Origin: Bacteroidia bacterium | Lineage (GTDB): Bacteria > Bacteroidota > Bacteroidia > Cytophagales > Cyclobacteriaceae | NCBI GenBank assembly: GCA_031384515.1 | Contig: JANNAQ010000013.1 | Coordinates: forward strand, 40,495-104,494 | Reading direction: 5' to 3' | Length of the DNA: 64,000 bases | Shown: piece by piece, positions 29,448-39,412 of the stretch | How positions within the stretch are numbered: the stretch's first letter is position 1 | Layout of the letters: each line of letters opens with the position of its first letter | Notes under the pieces: model-generated | What the model was told of the DNA's origin: nothing | The model's input: the letters and a program-made list of their open reading frames with translations, nothing else | The model's database searches: none | Translations under genes and position numbers: made by a program

Positions 29448-32400
29448 TTAATTCAACACAATTCGATAGAAACTTCTGCGATCGGAATAGTGAAACCTTA
29501 AGAAATAAATGCCAGCGGCAGGGCGATCACCTGTAACGGTAAAGCCATTCCACCGCAATTCATGCGAACCTGAAACTAAATCACCGGTATAAACATCTGT
29601 TACTTTCTGACCCAATGAATTGATCAAGTCAATGCTCACCGGATAACCTTTTCCCCAACCTGGAAGAGAAACAGTAATTTTTGTTTCACCATGCGATGGA
29701 TTAGGTGAGACAGAAAGAATCTTGCCCTCCCCATTTGGCATTTCCTTGGAGAGGTACTCGGAGTTGCCAAAAATAATTTTGAATCTCCCCGGTGTTTTAA
29801 AAAAATAGGAGTTGATGGTTCGCATATTGATGGACGCCTTTTCATTCTCATCGATTAGAAATAATTCTTTTTCATTTCCAGTGAAATGACTATTTCCCCA
29901 GTTGATAGATGCAAATTCTTTTTTGTTATTTGACTCGACAATAAATTTCCATGAATAATTTTCTGAAGTTGGGACAACATCTTTTGAAAACGGATTTCCG
30001 TTGATGACATTCTCATGGTTTAAGTCGATGTATTCTATAAATCGAGGAAGGCTAACATCGTCATATTTATCAAACCCGATTTTAGCATCTGATTGCATTC
30101 CAATTCCTGAGATAGAATTAACCAATTCACCTTGCTTTAAATTCAAGGCTAACTCCCAACTAGCAGATTCAAATGGATTGGATGGCGCAGTTTTACTTTC
30201 TGATATTCTTCCGCTTTTACTCCTGGAAGGAGGAAAAATAAGAATAGAGGCTTGCTCTGCGAAGACGAAGCCGCCTTCCATTTTTTTCAGGACTGTGGAA
30301 TTATCATAGGGTGCGCCCGTAAATATTTTTAGGGGTCTTGTGCCAATGAAAGAATTGGCATTCTGAATGTCGCTCCAGTCGATATTGAAATTGTATGGAT
30401 TGCCGATTTGATTCCAGCCTTGTTTAAGTTGTATGCTGAAAGGACTCGAAACGGATTTGCCGGGACCACCTGTTAATGCTTTGCCCGGATTATTCTTTAT
30501 CAGCAACCAATATCCCCAACCTGTTTCGATCGGATCTGATGCTACTAATTCCTTTGTTGAGTTTCCATCCCAATGCGACAATCTCCAATTAAATTGATCG
30601 AACTGTCCCAATTCGTCAAAAACGTTTCCGGCATTTTTATTATCAAGTTGATATGGAAAAGAAATGATCCTGTAGTTGGATTGGCCTGAGCCAAAATTAT
30701 CATAGGGTAACGGTGGTCCATCTGAGGGTTGTTTCACCGCTACAGGGTAGTGGGGAGTTTGCTCAGCAAGACCTAAACCATTTAAAGCTGTTATCCAATA
30801 CTCAACACCAATCTCACCGATAGCAGATGCCGGTATGGTAGCAACCCAATTGTTGCCTGTCAACGTCATTTCCAAAATTACTTCAGTGCTGGTGGTCAAT
30901 CGGTTTTTATAAAACAAAGAAGCATTAGCCACTCCTGATTCCGGATCAGTTATTTGCGCAGTGATCGCCAGAGACACGTCCTTGTCAACAATTGCAATTG
31001 GCGAATGAACAATTACAGGCTTGGTTGAGTCAATGGATTTGTTGCCTGTAAGAGGCGAAGCAGTACGATAGTTGATGGTAACGCCACTGCCATTGTAAGC
31101 ATACACTTGATAGAAATAGTTTGTGCCTGCAGTCAATCCTGTTTCATTGAAGGTTACGGCTGTGCCTACATAAGCAATTGTTCCATCGCCTATTGGTGAT
31201 GCAACTGCGTAGCCAGTCGCGTCCACTGGAAGGGATGTGGCTACTGATCCAGCTTTGCGAACTACTAGATATCCCGATGGTGTTCCGGTCGCTGCGGTGA
31301 AAGAAACGGTAAACGTAGTTGACCCTACATTGGAGAATACAAGTGCCGTTGGTTGAGAAGCAGGCTCCGTTGCTAACGTACTCTTACTTCCTTCAAGAGG
31401 TGAGGCAGTAAGATAGTTGAGGGTTGATCCGCTTCCATTGTAGGAAAAGACATCATAGAAATAAGTTGTTGAGGCGGTCAGCCCTGTTTCATTGAATGTT
31501 AAAGCGCTACCCACATACGCCACGGTACTTGCGCCAATTGCATTGCCAGTTGTGTATTCTGTTCCATCAAGCGGTACATCAGTAGGAGAAGAAACAGTTT
31601 TGCGTAGAACAATGTAACCGGCAGGCGAACCTAAAGCAGCTGTCCATGATAAGGTCATTGAAGTTGCCTGAACGTTGGAGAATAAAAGAGAAGTTGGTTG
31701 TGCGGTTGGTTCGGACGCAAGAGCTGGACTGGTGGTCTGATTGTTTTCAAGCGGACTAGTTGTTAGGTAATTATATGTTCCCGTTATTCCGTTGTAGGAG
31801 AAGATATCGTAGAAATATGTTGTTGAAGCAGTAAGTCCTGTTTCATTAAAAGTTAAAGCACTACCCACATACGCTACAGTGCTTGTGCCGATCGTATTGG
31901 TTGCCGAATATTCTGTTCCATCCAAAGGCACATCAGTTGGCGAAGAAACAGTTTTTCGAATAACGACATAACCAGCACGAGAGCCAGTCGCTGCTGTCCA
32001 ACTCAAGGTCATTGAAGTTGGTTGAACGCTGGAAAACGTAAGTGCTGTAGGTTGGGCAGTTGGTTCTGTTGCAAGTGTAGGACTGGTGGTCTGGTTATTT
32101 TCAAGCGGGCTAGTTGTTAAATAATTATACGTACCCGTTGTTCCGTTGTAGGAGAAGACATCATAAAAGTAATTTGTAGAAGGGATAAGCCCTGTTTCAA
32201 TGAAAGTTATTCCGCCAGCTGCATACGCTACGGTGCTGGTGCCAATCAGGTTGGTTGCGGAATATTCTGTTCCATCAACTGGCACATCTGTGGGAGAAGA
32301 AACAGTCTTGCGGAGAACAAGGTAACCTGCTGGAGAGCCAGTAGCGGCAATCCATGTTAACGTTATTGAAGTTGCCTGAACACTAGAAAAGCTGAGTGCA

Positions 32401-35400
32401 GTTGGTTGTGCGGTTGGTGGAGCAGCTAAAGTTGTTTGGGTTCCTACGAGCGGAGCAAGAGTTAAGTAATTATATGTACCCGTTGTTCCGTTGTAGGAAA
32501 ATACCTTGTAGAAATAATTTGTTGACGGTGCAAGACCTGTTTCATTAAAAGTTAACGCACTACCTGCATACGCCACGGTACTGGTGCCGATCGTATTGCC
32601 TGTTATGTATGCCGTTGCATCCACCGGTATATCGGTTAGCGAAGAAACAGTATTGCGAAGAACAATGTAACCGGCTGGAGAACTTGAAGCGGCTGCCCAG
32701 GTTAAGTTCATCGTAGTTGACTGAACGTTTGTAAAAATTAAAGAAGTTGGTTGTGCTGTTGGTTCAGTGGCAAGCGTTGTTTGATTATTTTCAAGTGGAC
32801 TTGTTGTTAGGTAATTATAAGTTCCCGTTGTTCCGTTGTACGAGAATACATCATAGAAGTAAGCAGTTGATGCAGTAAGTCCTGTTTCATTGAATGTTAA
32901 GGTACTGCCTACATATGCTACAGTGCTTGTGCCAATAGAGCCTGTTGCGGTATAAGATATTTCATCTACTGGAACGTCAGTAGGAGAAGACCCTGTTTTA
33001 CGAAGAACAAGATAGCCAGTAGGTGAACCTGTAGCTGCTGTCCAGTTTAAGGTCATTGAAGTTGGTTGAATGCTAGAGAATAAAAGGGAAGTAGGTTGCG
33101 TTGTCGGTTCCGTTGCAAGAGCAGAGCTCGTTGTTTGATTATTTTCAAGTGGACTAGTTGTTAAGTAATTGTATGTTCCGGTAGTTCCATTATAAGAGAA
33201 TACATCGTAGAAATAAGTAGTTGAAGCAGTAAGCCCAGTTTCATTAAACGTTAGGGCACTACCTGCATACGCTACGGTGCTGGTGCCAATCGTATTGGAT
33301 GCGGTGTATGCAGTTCCATCCACGGGCACATCGGTAGGAGATGAGCCTACTTTTCGAAGAACAATATAACCAACTGGAGAACCTGTCGCTGCTGTCCATG
33401 TTAAAGTCATTGAGTTCAATTGAACGCTGGAGAATAAAAGAGAAGTTGGTTGAGCCGTTGGCTCAGGTGCAAGGGTTGGGCTCGTTGTCTGATTGTTTTC
33501 GAGCGGAGTGGTAATTAAATAATTATACGTCCCCGTAGTTCCATTGTAAGAGAAGACATCATAAAAGTAATTTGTAGAAGGGATAAGCCCCGTTTCAATG
33601 AAAGTTATCCCGCTAGCTGCATACGCTACAGTGCTGGTGCCGATCAGGTTGGTTGCGGAATATTCTGTTCCATCCACGGGCACATCTGTGGGAGAAGAAA
33701 CAGTTTTGCGAAGTACGATATAACCAGCAGGAGAACCTGTTGCTGCTGTCCATGTTAAGGTCATTGAAGTAGATTGAATACTGGAGAAAGAAAGTGAAGT
33801 GGGTTGTGCAGTTGGTTCAGGGGCTAAAGTTGTAAGATTATTTACGAGCGGAACAGTTGTTAGATAATTGAACGTTCCTGTTGTTCCGTTGAAGGAGAAT
33901 ACATTGTAGAAATAATTCGTTGAAGCGGTAAGTCCAGTTTCATTGAATGTTAAAGCACTACCTGCATACGCCACTGTGCTTGTTCCTATGGTGTTGCCTA
34001 TTGTGTACACCGTTCCATCTACCGGCACATCTGTAGGCGAAGAAACAGTATTGCGAAGAACAATGTAACCTACCGGAGAGCCAGAAGCTGCTGCCCAGGT
34101 TACAGTCATAGTAGATGCCTGAATAGTAGTAAAAGTTAAAGAAGTGGGTTGCGCAGTTGGTTCAGAGGCTAAAGTTGTTTGACTTCCTTCCAGTGGCGTT
34201 GTGGTTAAATAATTATAAGTTCCGGTTGTTCCGTTGTAAGAGAATACATCGTAGAAATAAGTTGTTGAAGCGGTAAGCCCCGTTTCATTTAATGTTAAAG
34301 CATTGCCTGCATACGCTACGGTGCTGGTTCCAATTGCGTTGCCTATTGTGTATGCCGTTCCATCTATGGGTATCTCCGTTGGAGAAGAAATTGTTTTGCG
34401 AAGTACGATATAACCAGTTGGAGAACCTATTGCTGCTGTCCATGATAAGGTCATCGTAGTTGGCTGAACGCTGGAAAACGTAAGTGCTGTAGGTTGAGCA
34501 GTTGGTTCTGTTGCAAGGGTAGGACTGGTTGTCTGATTATTTTCGAGCGGACTAGTTGTTAAGTAATTATACGTTCCCGTAGTTCCATTATAAGAGAAGA
34601 TGTCATAGAAATAATTTGTTGAAGCGGTAAGACTTGTTTCATTAAAAGTTAATGCACTTCCTACATACGCTACGGTGCTGGTTCCAATTGTGTTGCCTAT
34701 TGTATATGCCGTTCCATCTATGGGCACATCCGTTGGAGAAGAAATTATTTTGCGAAGTACGATATAACCAGTTGGAGAACCTGTCGCTGCTGTCCATGAT
34801 AAGGTCAGCGAAGTTGGCTGAACGCTGGAAAACGTAAGTGCTGTAGGTTGAGCAGTTGGTTCTGAGATAATAGTAGTATTTCTAAAAACAGAAATCGAAT
34901 TATTTCCATTTCCCACTACTAAATCAGGCTTTCCATCACCGTCAATATCAGCAATGTTGACATCGTAGGAGGATTGCGTTTTTGGGAAATCAATTTTTGC
35001 GGCAAAAGAACTTGTATTGATCACACCGGATGAGCTGGTGTTTTTGTACACAGAGACGGTGTTGGTGCTTTCGCAAACAACTGCAATCTCCAGCTTCCCA
35101 TCACCATCAAGGTCACCCAATGCAACTCCTAAAGGTCTTGTGCCTGTCGTGAAATCAATATTGGCAGCAAAGGAACCCGTTGTGATTATCCCCTGGGTGG
35201 AAATGTTTCTGAATACAGAGACTTTAGCCCCTTGCAGAAGTACGACAGCAAGGTCAGGCTTGCCATCACCATCCAGATCACCAATGCCTACTCGGTTAGT
35301 CGGGCCACTGCCAGTAGTAAGATTAACTGTTGAAGCAAAGGAACCAGCCGAGATGGAACCTAAAGTAGAGGTGTTTTTCAATATAGAAATGTTATTGCTG

Positions 35401-37358
35401 TTGCCATTGGCAACCACCAATTCTGGTTTACCGTCAGCATCCAAATCTGCGATGTTAACATTTAATGGATTTGTTCCTACAGTAAAATCAATTTTGGGAG
35501 CAAATGAACTTGTGGTGATCGCTCCCGTGGTGTAGATATTTTGAAAAACCGAAACCGTAGTACCATCATTATTGGCAACCACCAAATCAGCCTTCCCGTC
35601 ACCATCCAAATCACCTATGATAGCACCCGATGCTCTTGTCGTGGTGGCCAAGTCTACCCTGGATCCAAAAGAACCTGAAGTGATTGATCCCGCAGTACTC
35701 GTATTTTGGAATATCGATACCGAACTGCTCGTGTAATTCGTTACTACCATATCCAGTTTCCCGTCACCGTCAAGGTCAGCAAGCGCCATACCTGAAGGTC
35801 TTGTGCCCGGGGTAAAGTCAACCTTTGTAGCAAAGGAGCTACCGGTGATTGCTCCCGCACTACTCGTATTTCTCAACACTGAAACCGATGAGCCCGTATA
35901 ATTTGATACTGCCATGTCCGACTTACCATCCCCATCGAGGTCGCCAACTCCTACAAAATAAGATTCATTCTCTGCTGTAGTGAAGTCCACCTTGGTGGCA
36001 AAAGAGCTCGCATCGATAATTCCGCTGCTTGGAAATGTTACGATAAACGGTTTGCTCGAATAAGCCGTAAGTCCACCTGTTGTTATTGTAATAGGTTGGT
36101 AGGTTGCACCAGTTGGCACAGTCACTGTAAGTTGTGTTGCTGATGCATTCGTTACAGTTGCTTTGGTAGCACCAAAGTAAATGATGTTGTTTGTTGGGGA
36201 TGTACTGAAGTTTGTGCCGGTGATTATAACGGTTGTGCCTACTGGGCCACTTGTAGGGGTGAAACTGGTTATTGCAGGTGGAAGTGTGTAAATATCTACA
36301 ACATTTGAAATTGAACTTCCTGAAGCATCACTTCCACCACCAAAAAATGCCATTGTCCCAAGAGCAGTCGCGCTTAAATAACCTCGTGCTTCGGAAAGCG
36401 TGGCTGTAGTCCAGTTATTAGTACTGTTGTCATAAATATCAACAACATTGGAATTACTTCCATTGTTGCCTCCTGCAAAAAAAACTTTATTCCCTACTGA
36501 ACTAGAACTTAGACCCTCTCTTGCCTGAGAGAGAGTTGCGGTTGACCATATATTGGTGTTATTGTCATATACATCTACCACATTGGAACTAACGCCATTG
36601 TTACCACCCGCAAAAAAAACTTTAGTCCCAACGGAAGTGGCAGTTAAATACCACCTTGCTTGCGAGAGAGTGGCGGTTGTCCAGGTATTGTTACTGTTGT
36701 CATAGATATCCACAACATTGGAAGGAACTGAAGCACTAGTACTACCTCCAGCAAAAAAAACTTTAGTCCCAACTGAGGTTGCGCTCGAATAGTACCTCGC
36801 TTGAGAGAGTGTAGCCGTTGCCCAGGTATTAGAGCTGTTATCATAAATATCCACAACATTGGAAGCCGCTAAACCATTGTGCCCGCCTGCAAAAAATACT
36901 TTGGTGCCTACTGAAGTCGCAACTAAAATACTCCGTGCCTCAGAAAGATTTGCCGTTGTCCATGTACTTGTACTATTGTCGAATATGTCAACTACATTTG
37001 AATTGGTACCATTATCCCCACCTGCAAAAAAAACTTTAGTTCCAATGGAGGCAGCACTTAATGAGCACCGTGCCTGAGACAATGTTGCTGTAGTCCAAGT
37101 GTTAGTACTATTATCATAAATATCAATAACATTGGAACAATTAGGTACATTATTATATCCTCCTGCAAAAAAGACTTTAGTTCCAACCGATGCTGCGCTT
37201 AGTTGAGTACGCGCCTGAGAAAGAGTAGCCGTAGTCCATTGAGCCTGTGCTACAGTTGAAATAAAAAGCCCTGTTAGGGTGATCAATAGGACAATGAGCA
37301 ATCTTGATTTTTTTATTGCGAGTCTGATATAACAATATTTTATAAAGTCATCCTTCAT
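29448..37358 (-). CDS. 2636-aa T9SS-type surface protein: 7 kelch-like repeats, IPT/TIG, FG-GAP repeats, 11 FN3-like repeats, C-terminal sorting domain
   Basis: 7x W.TA.LS.AR...VFFAGG; PAITSFTPTSGPVGT; multiple GDLDGDGK.D; 11x EPTAQPT..F...W..A; C-terminal SVSPNPS...LINSLGQKV...WNG....GIYFL. Confidence 0.92.
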   Translation of the reverse strand: MKDDFIKYCYIRLAIKKSRLLIVLLITLTGLFISTVAQAQWTTATLSQARTQLSAASVGTKVFFAGGYNNVPNCSNVIDIYDNSTNTWTTATLSQARCSLSAASIGTKVFFAGGDNGTNSNVVDIFDNSTSTWTTANLSEARSILVATSVGTKVFFAGGHNGLAASNVVDIYDNSSNTWATATLSQARYYSSATSVGTKVFFAGGSTSASVPSNVVDIYDNSNNTWTTATLSQARWYLTATSVGTKVFFAGGNNGVSSNVVDVYDNNTNIWSTATLSQAREGLSSSSVGNKVFFAGGNNGSNSNVVDIYDNSTNNWTTATLSEARGYLSATALGTMAFFGGGSDASGSSISNVVDIYTLPPAITSFTPTSGPVGTTVIITGTNFSTSPTNNIIYFGATKATVTNASATQLTVTVPTGATYQPITITTGGLTAYSSKPFIVTFPSSGIIDASSFATKVDFTTAENESYFVGVGDLDGDGKSDMAVSNYTGSSVSVLRNTSSAGAITGSSFATKVDFTPGTRPSGMALADLDGDGKLDMVVTNYTSSSVSIFQNTSTAGSITSGSFGSRVDLATTTRASGAIIGDLDGDGKADLVVANNDGTTVSVFQNIYTTGAITTSSFAPKIDFTVGTNPLNVNIADLDADGKPELVVANGNSNNISILKNTSTLGSISAGSFASTVNLTTGSGPTNRVGIGDLDGDGKPDLAVVLLQGAKVSVFRNISTQGIITTGSFAANIDFTTGTRPLGVALGDLDGDGKLEIAVVCESTNTVSVYKNTSSSGVINTSSFAAKIDFPKTQSSYDVNIADIDGDGKPDLVVGNGNNSISVFRNTTIISEPTAQPTALTFSSVQPTSLTLSWTAATGSPTGYIVLRKIISSPTDVPIDGTAYTIGNTIGTSTVAYVGSALTFNETSLTASTNYFYDIFSYNGTTGTYNYLTTSPLENNQTTSPTLATEPTAQPTALTFSSVQPTTMTLSWTAAIGSPTGYIVLRKTISSPTEIPIDGTAYTIGNAIGTSTVAYAGNALTLNETGLTASTTYFYDVFSYNGTTGTYNYLTTTPLEGSQTTLASEPTAQPTSLTFTTIQASTMTVTWAAASGSPVGYIVLRNTVSSPTDVPVDGTVYTIGNTIGTSTVAYAGSALTFNETGLTASTNYFYNVFSFNGTTGTFNYLTTVPLVNNLTTLAPEPTAQPTSLSFSSIQSTSMTLTWTAATGSPAGYIVLRKTVSSPTDVPVDGTEYSATNLIGTSTVAYAASGITFIETGLIPSTNYFYDVFSYNGTTGTYNYLITTPLENNQTTSPTLAPEPTAQPTSLLFSSVQLNSMTLTWTAATGSPVGYIVLRKVGSSPTDVPVDGTAYTASNTIGTSTVAYAGSALTFNETGLTASTTYFYDVFSYNGTTGTYNYLTTSPLENNQTTSSALATEPTTQPTSLLFSSIQPTSMTLNWTAATGSPTGYLVLRKTGSSPTDVPVDEISYTATGSIGTSTVAYVGSTLTFNETGLTASTAYFYDVFSYNGTTGTYNYLTTSPLENNQTTLATEPTAQPTSLIFTNVQSTTMNLTWAAASSSPAGYIVLRNTVSSLTDIPVDATAYITGNTIGTSTVAYAGSALTFNETGLAPSTNYFYKVFSYNGTTGTYNYLTLAPLVGTQTTLAAPPTAQPTALSFSSVQATSITLTWIAATGSPAGYLVLRKTVSSPTDVPVDGTEYSATNLIGTSTVAYAAGGITFIETGLIPSTNYFYDVFSYNGTTGTYNYLTTSPLENNQTTSPTLATEPTAQPTALTFSSVQPTSMTLSWTAATGSRAGYVVIRKTVSSPTDVPLDGTEYSATNTIGTSTVAYVGSALTFNETGLTASTTYFYDIFSYNGITGTYNYLTTSPLENNQTTSPALASEPTAQPTSLLFSNVQATSMTLSWTAALGSPAGYIVLRKTVSSPTDVPLDGTEYTTGNAIGASTVAYVGSALTFNETGLTASTTYFYDVFSYNGSGSTLNYLTASPLEGSKSTLATEPASQPTALVFSNVGSTTFTVSFTAATGTPSGYLVVRKAGSVATSLPVDATGYAVASPIGDGTIAYVGTAVTFNETGLTAGTNYFYQVYAYNGSGVTINYRTASPLTGNKSIDSTKPVIVHSPIAIVDKDVSLAITAQITDPESGVANASLFYKNRLTTSTEVILEMTLTGNNWVATIPASAIGEIGVEYWITALNGLGLAEQTPHYPVAVKQPSDGPPLPYDNFGSGQSNYRIISFPYQLDNKNAGNVFDELGQFDQFNWRLSHWDGNSTKELVASDPIETGWGYWLLIKNNPGKALTGGPGKSVSSPFSIQLKQGWNQIGNPYNFNIDWSDIQNANSFIGTRPLKIFTGAPYDNSTVLKKMEGGFVFAEQASILIFPPSRSKSGRISESKTAPSNPFESASWELALNLKQGELVNSISGIGMQSDAKIGFDKYDDVSLPRFIEYIDLNHENVINGNPFSKDVVPTSENYSWKFIVESNNKKEFASINWGNSHFTGNEKELFLIDENEKASINMRTINSYFFKTPGRFKIIFGNSEYLSKEMPNGEGKILSVSPNPSHGETKITVSLPGWGKGYPVSIDLINSLGQKVTDVYTGDLVSGSHELRWNGFTVTGDRPAAGIYFLRFHYSDRRSFYRIVLN

Positions 37359-37398
37359 TTATTCGGTGTAAAGAGCAAGCCTTTTCATAAACTTCATT

Positions 37399-38106
37399 TT
37401 AATTTCCCGTTGGTGGTTCCGGTGCATTAGGCAATCCTTCCTTTGAGTCGGGCAACAATAAATAAACAACAACTCCTACTATAACCACCGCAGGAGAAAT
37501 CAACCAGGCCAAAGCAACTTTTCTTTTTACTTGTATGGGTATTGTTACTTTATCATCCTTTGATGTCAGTTGTATGTGATAGCCTTTGCCCAAGGTTAAG
37601 TTGGGGTCGGGCTGTAGATTTAAAGTTCCGGTTTTGTTGAGTATCGTTTTTTTCCAAAGCACTTTCTTGTCAGCAGAAATAAATTCGAAATGAATGGAAT
37701 CCTGTGGCCGCCCGCCACTCCATTCAATTGTATTTTCTTTCCCTCTGCGTAAAGATTTTTGTGGAGTTACAAATCTCAAGTGAAAAATCACCTCGGCCTC
37801 CAGTTCAAATGCCAGGTCTCCGCTGAAGTTGTCCAGCTCATGGCCATACAGCCATTCAATTTGCTTGTTTGCACCAGGTGTTACTTTAGCAACAGCACCA
37901 GAAATATTTGCCAGTGGCTTTGAAAAAGCATCATGCGAACTGAAGACTTTTAGTTCTACCCAGGAATCGGTTGGTGCCGTTTATAAATCATATTCAAGAA
38001 TGATTTTATCAGCTTCAATCCTTGTCCTTACATTTTCAATGACTTGCGAAAAGGCAGATTGACACCAAAGGAGGGTAAAACAAACCTGAAGGAACTTTGA
38101 ATACAT
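37399..38106 (-). pseudogene. Exported protein with a C-terminal TM anchor, interrupted by an in-frame TAA at codon 42
   Basis: ATG at 38106 gives signal peptide MYSKFLQVCFTLLWCQSAFS-QVIENVR...; TAA at 37981-37983; the same frame continues open into track ORF 37399..37791. Confidence 0.8.
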
Positions 38107-38243
38107 GTATCGAAGTCTTGCGTAAAGAGAAAATACACCATGTTAAATCTACACAATATAAATTGGTTACAAAAAACGGGGGAGATTATTGCAAGGAGTA
38201 AGGCTTATGCTTTGAATAAGGGGCTTTAATAAAGAAGCCCTCC

Positions 38244-38318
38244 TCAAATGCTCCCGTAAAAAAAGAGGAATCTATAGAGGATAAACTGGCACAATTGAGA
38301 GAGAAGTTTAAGAAGTAA
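38244..38318 (+). repeat. tex 3'-end direct repeat, copy 2 (orphan tail)
   Basis: Encodes SNAPVKKEESIEDKLAQLREKFKK* with no upstream gene; weak homology extends to about 38232. Confidence 0.92.
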
Positions 38319-38352
38319 CAGATACAGTTTGCAAAACCGTATCTTTCTTTCT

Positions 38353-39318
38353 ATGAAGGGAATACTATTGTTAGCATCGATACTATTTGCTTATTCAGCA
38401 TCCGCACAGCGCATTAGTAATACGGCACTATATCGCAATGTAAGTTCAAACCAATATTTTCGTATTCATTACGAAAATGATTATTTCTCCACCACCGATA
38501 TTTATTACACCCAAGGCATTAATCTCGAGTATGTACACCCTGCCATCGGAAACTTTTTTACTTCAAAGCTATTAATTGGCTCGTCTTCCAAAGAAGTTAA
38601 ATTTGGAATTGCTCTGGAGCATGAAGGATACACCCCCACCAGTATTTCACATCCTGAAGTTCTTGTAGGCGACAGACCCTTTGCTGCTTGTTTGTTTCTT
38701 AAAACCTTCTCTATAATAAATGATTCAGTACGCAGAGTCCGTATTTCTTCTTCTCTTAGCGCAGGCGTAATCGGCCCAAGCGCATATGGCAAAGAAATGC
38801 AGGAAACTATCCATAGATGGATCAACGATACGCAACCGCTTGGATGGGAAAATCAGATTAACAACGATCTTATCCTCAATTATGAAGTTGAATATGTAGC
38901 TGAACTTTTCGCCTCTCCCGATTATTTTTCTCTCTCGGCCCAGGTTGGTGCCAATGTAGGCACGCTCAATGCAAAAGCCTTTACAGGAGTAATCATGATG
39001 GCTGGTATTTTTGATAATCCATTTATCAATTTTTCCAGGCAAAAAAGATTGAAACAAGTGTATGTGTATGCAGAACCCTTGCTGAACATTGTTGCCTACG
39101 ATGCCACCTTGCAAGGTGGTATGTTCAATAAAAATAGCCCTTACACAATACCTCGCGAAGATATTACGCGTTTGGTTTTTCAGGCAAATGTTGGAATTGT
39201 TGTTCGGATCAGGGCATTGCAGTTGGAATATTTCCAATCCTATCTCACCAAAGAATTTAGTACCGGTGGCACACATCTTTGGGGCGGCATTCGAATCGGA
39301 TGGTACCTACGTAAGTGA
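38353..39318 (+). CDS. Lipid A deacylase LpxR-family (DUF2219) outer membrane protein, copy 1
   Basis: HYENDYF..TD.YYTQG, YTPT.I......DRPFA, GWENQI, C-terminal WGGIRIGW; ATG at 38353 gives a signal peptide. Confidence 0.82.
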   Translation: MKGILLLASILFAYSASAQRISNTALYRNVSSNQYFRIHYENDYFSTTDIYYTQGINLEYVHPAIGNFFTSKLLIGSSSKEVKFGIALEHEGYTPTSISHPEVLVGDRPFAACLFLKTFSIINDSVRRVRISSSLSAGVIGPSAYGKEMQETIHRWINDTQPLGWENQINNDLILNYEVEYVAELFASPDYFSLSAQVGANVGTLNAKAFTGVIMMAGIFDNPFINFSRQKRLKQVYVYAEPLLNIVAYDATLQGGMFNKNSPYTIPREDITRLVFQANVGIVVRIRALQLEYFQSYLTKEFSTGGTHLWGGIRIGWYLRK

Positions 39319-39343
39319 GATATTCAGTAACGATTGAGTATAG

Positions 39344-39395
39344 CTACTCCAAAACTGGAAAATTATCCGTAGGGCTTTCGCGCAGATGATATTCC
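39344..39395 (-). repeat. Orphan 3'-end copy C of the gene at 40534-41058
   Basis: Encodes EYHLRESPTDNFPVLE*; 43/52 identical to 40534-40585. Confidence 0.9.
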
Positions 39396-39412
39396 CCAGT
39401 TTCCGCGTTACC

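Noticed and set aside
31050-34865. Regular DNA repeats as a CRISPR-like array
   Set aside because: Units are about 310-320 bp, in frame and protein-coding (FN3); there are no short repeats with unique spacers and no cas genes.
37829-38062. 77-aa ORF in the track
   Set aside because: It overlaps the interrupted exported-protein gene, which explains the region better.
28455-38243. Prophage, ICE or transposon
   Set aside because: No integrase, transposase, relaxase or phage gene is present, and the flanking repeats are diverged rather than identical att cores.
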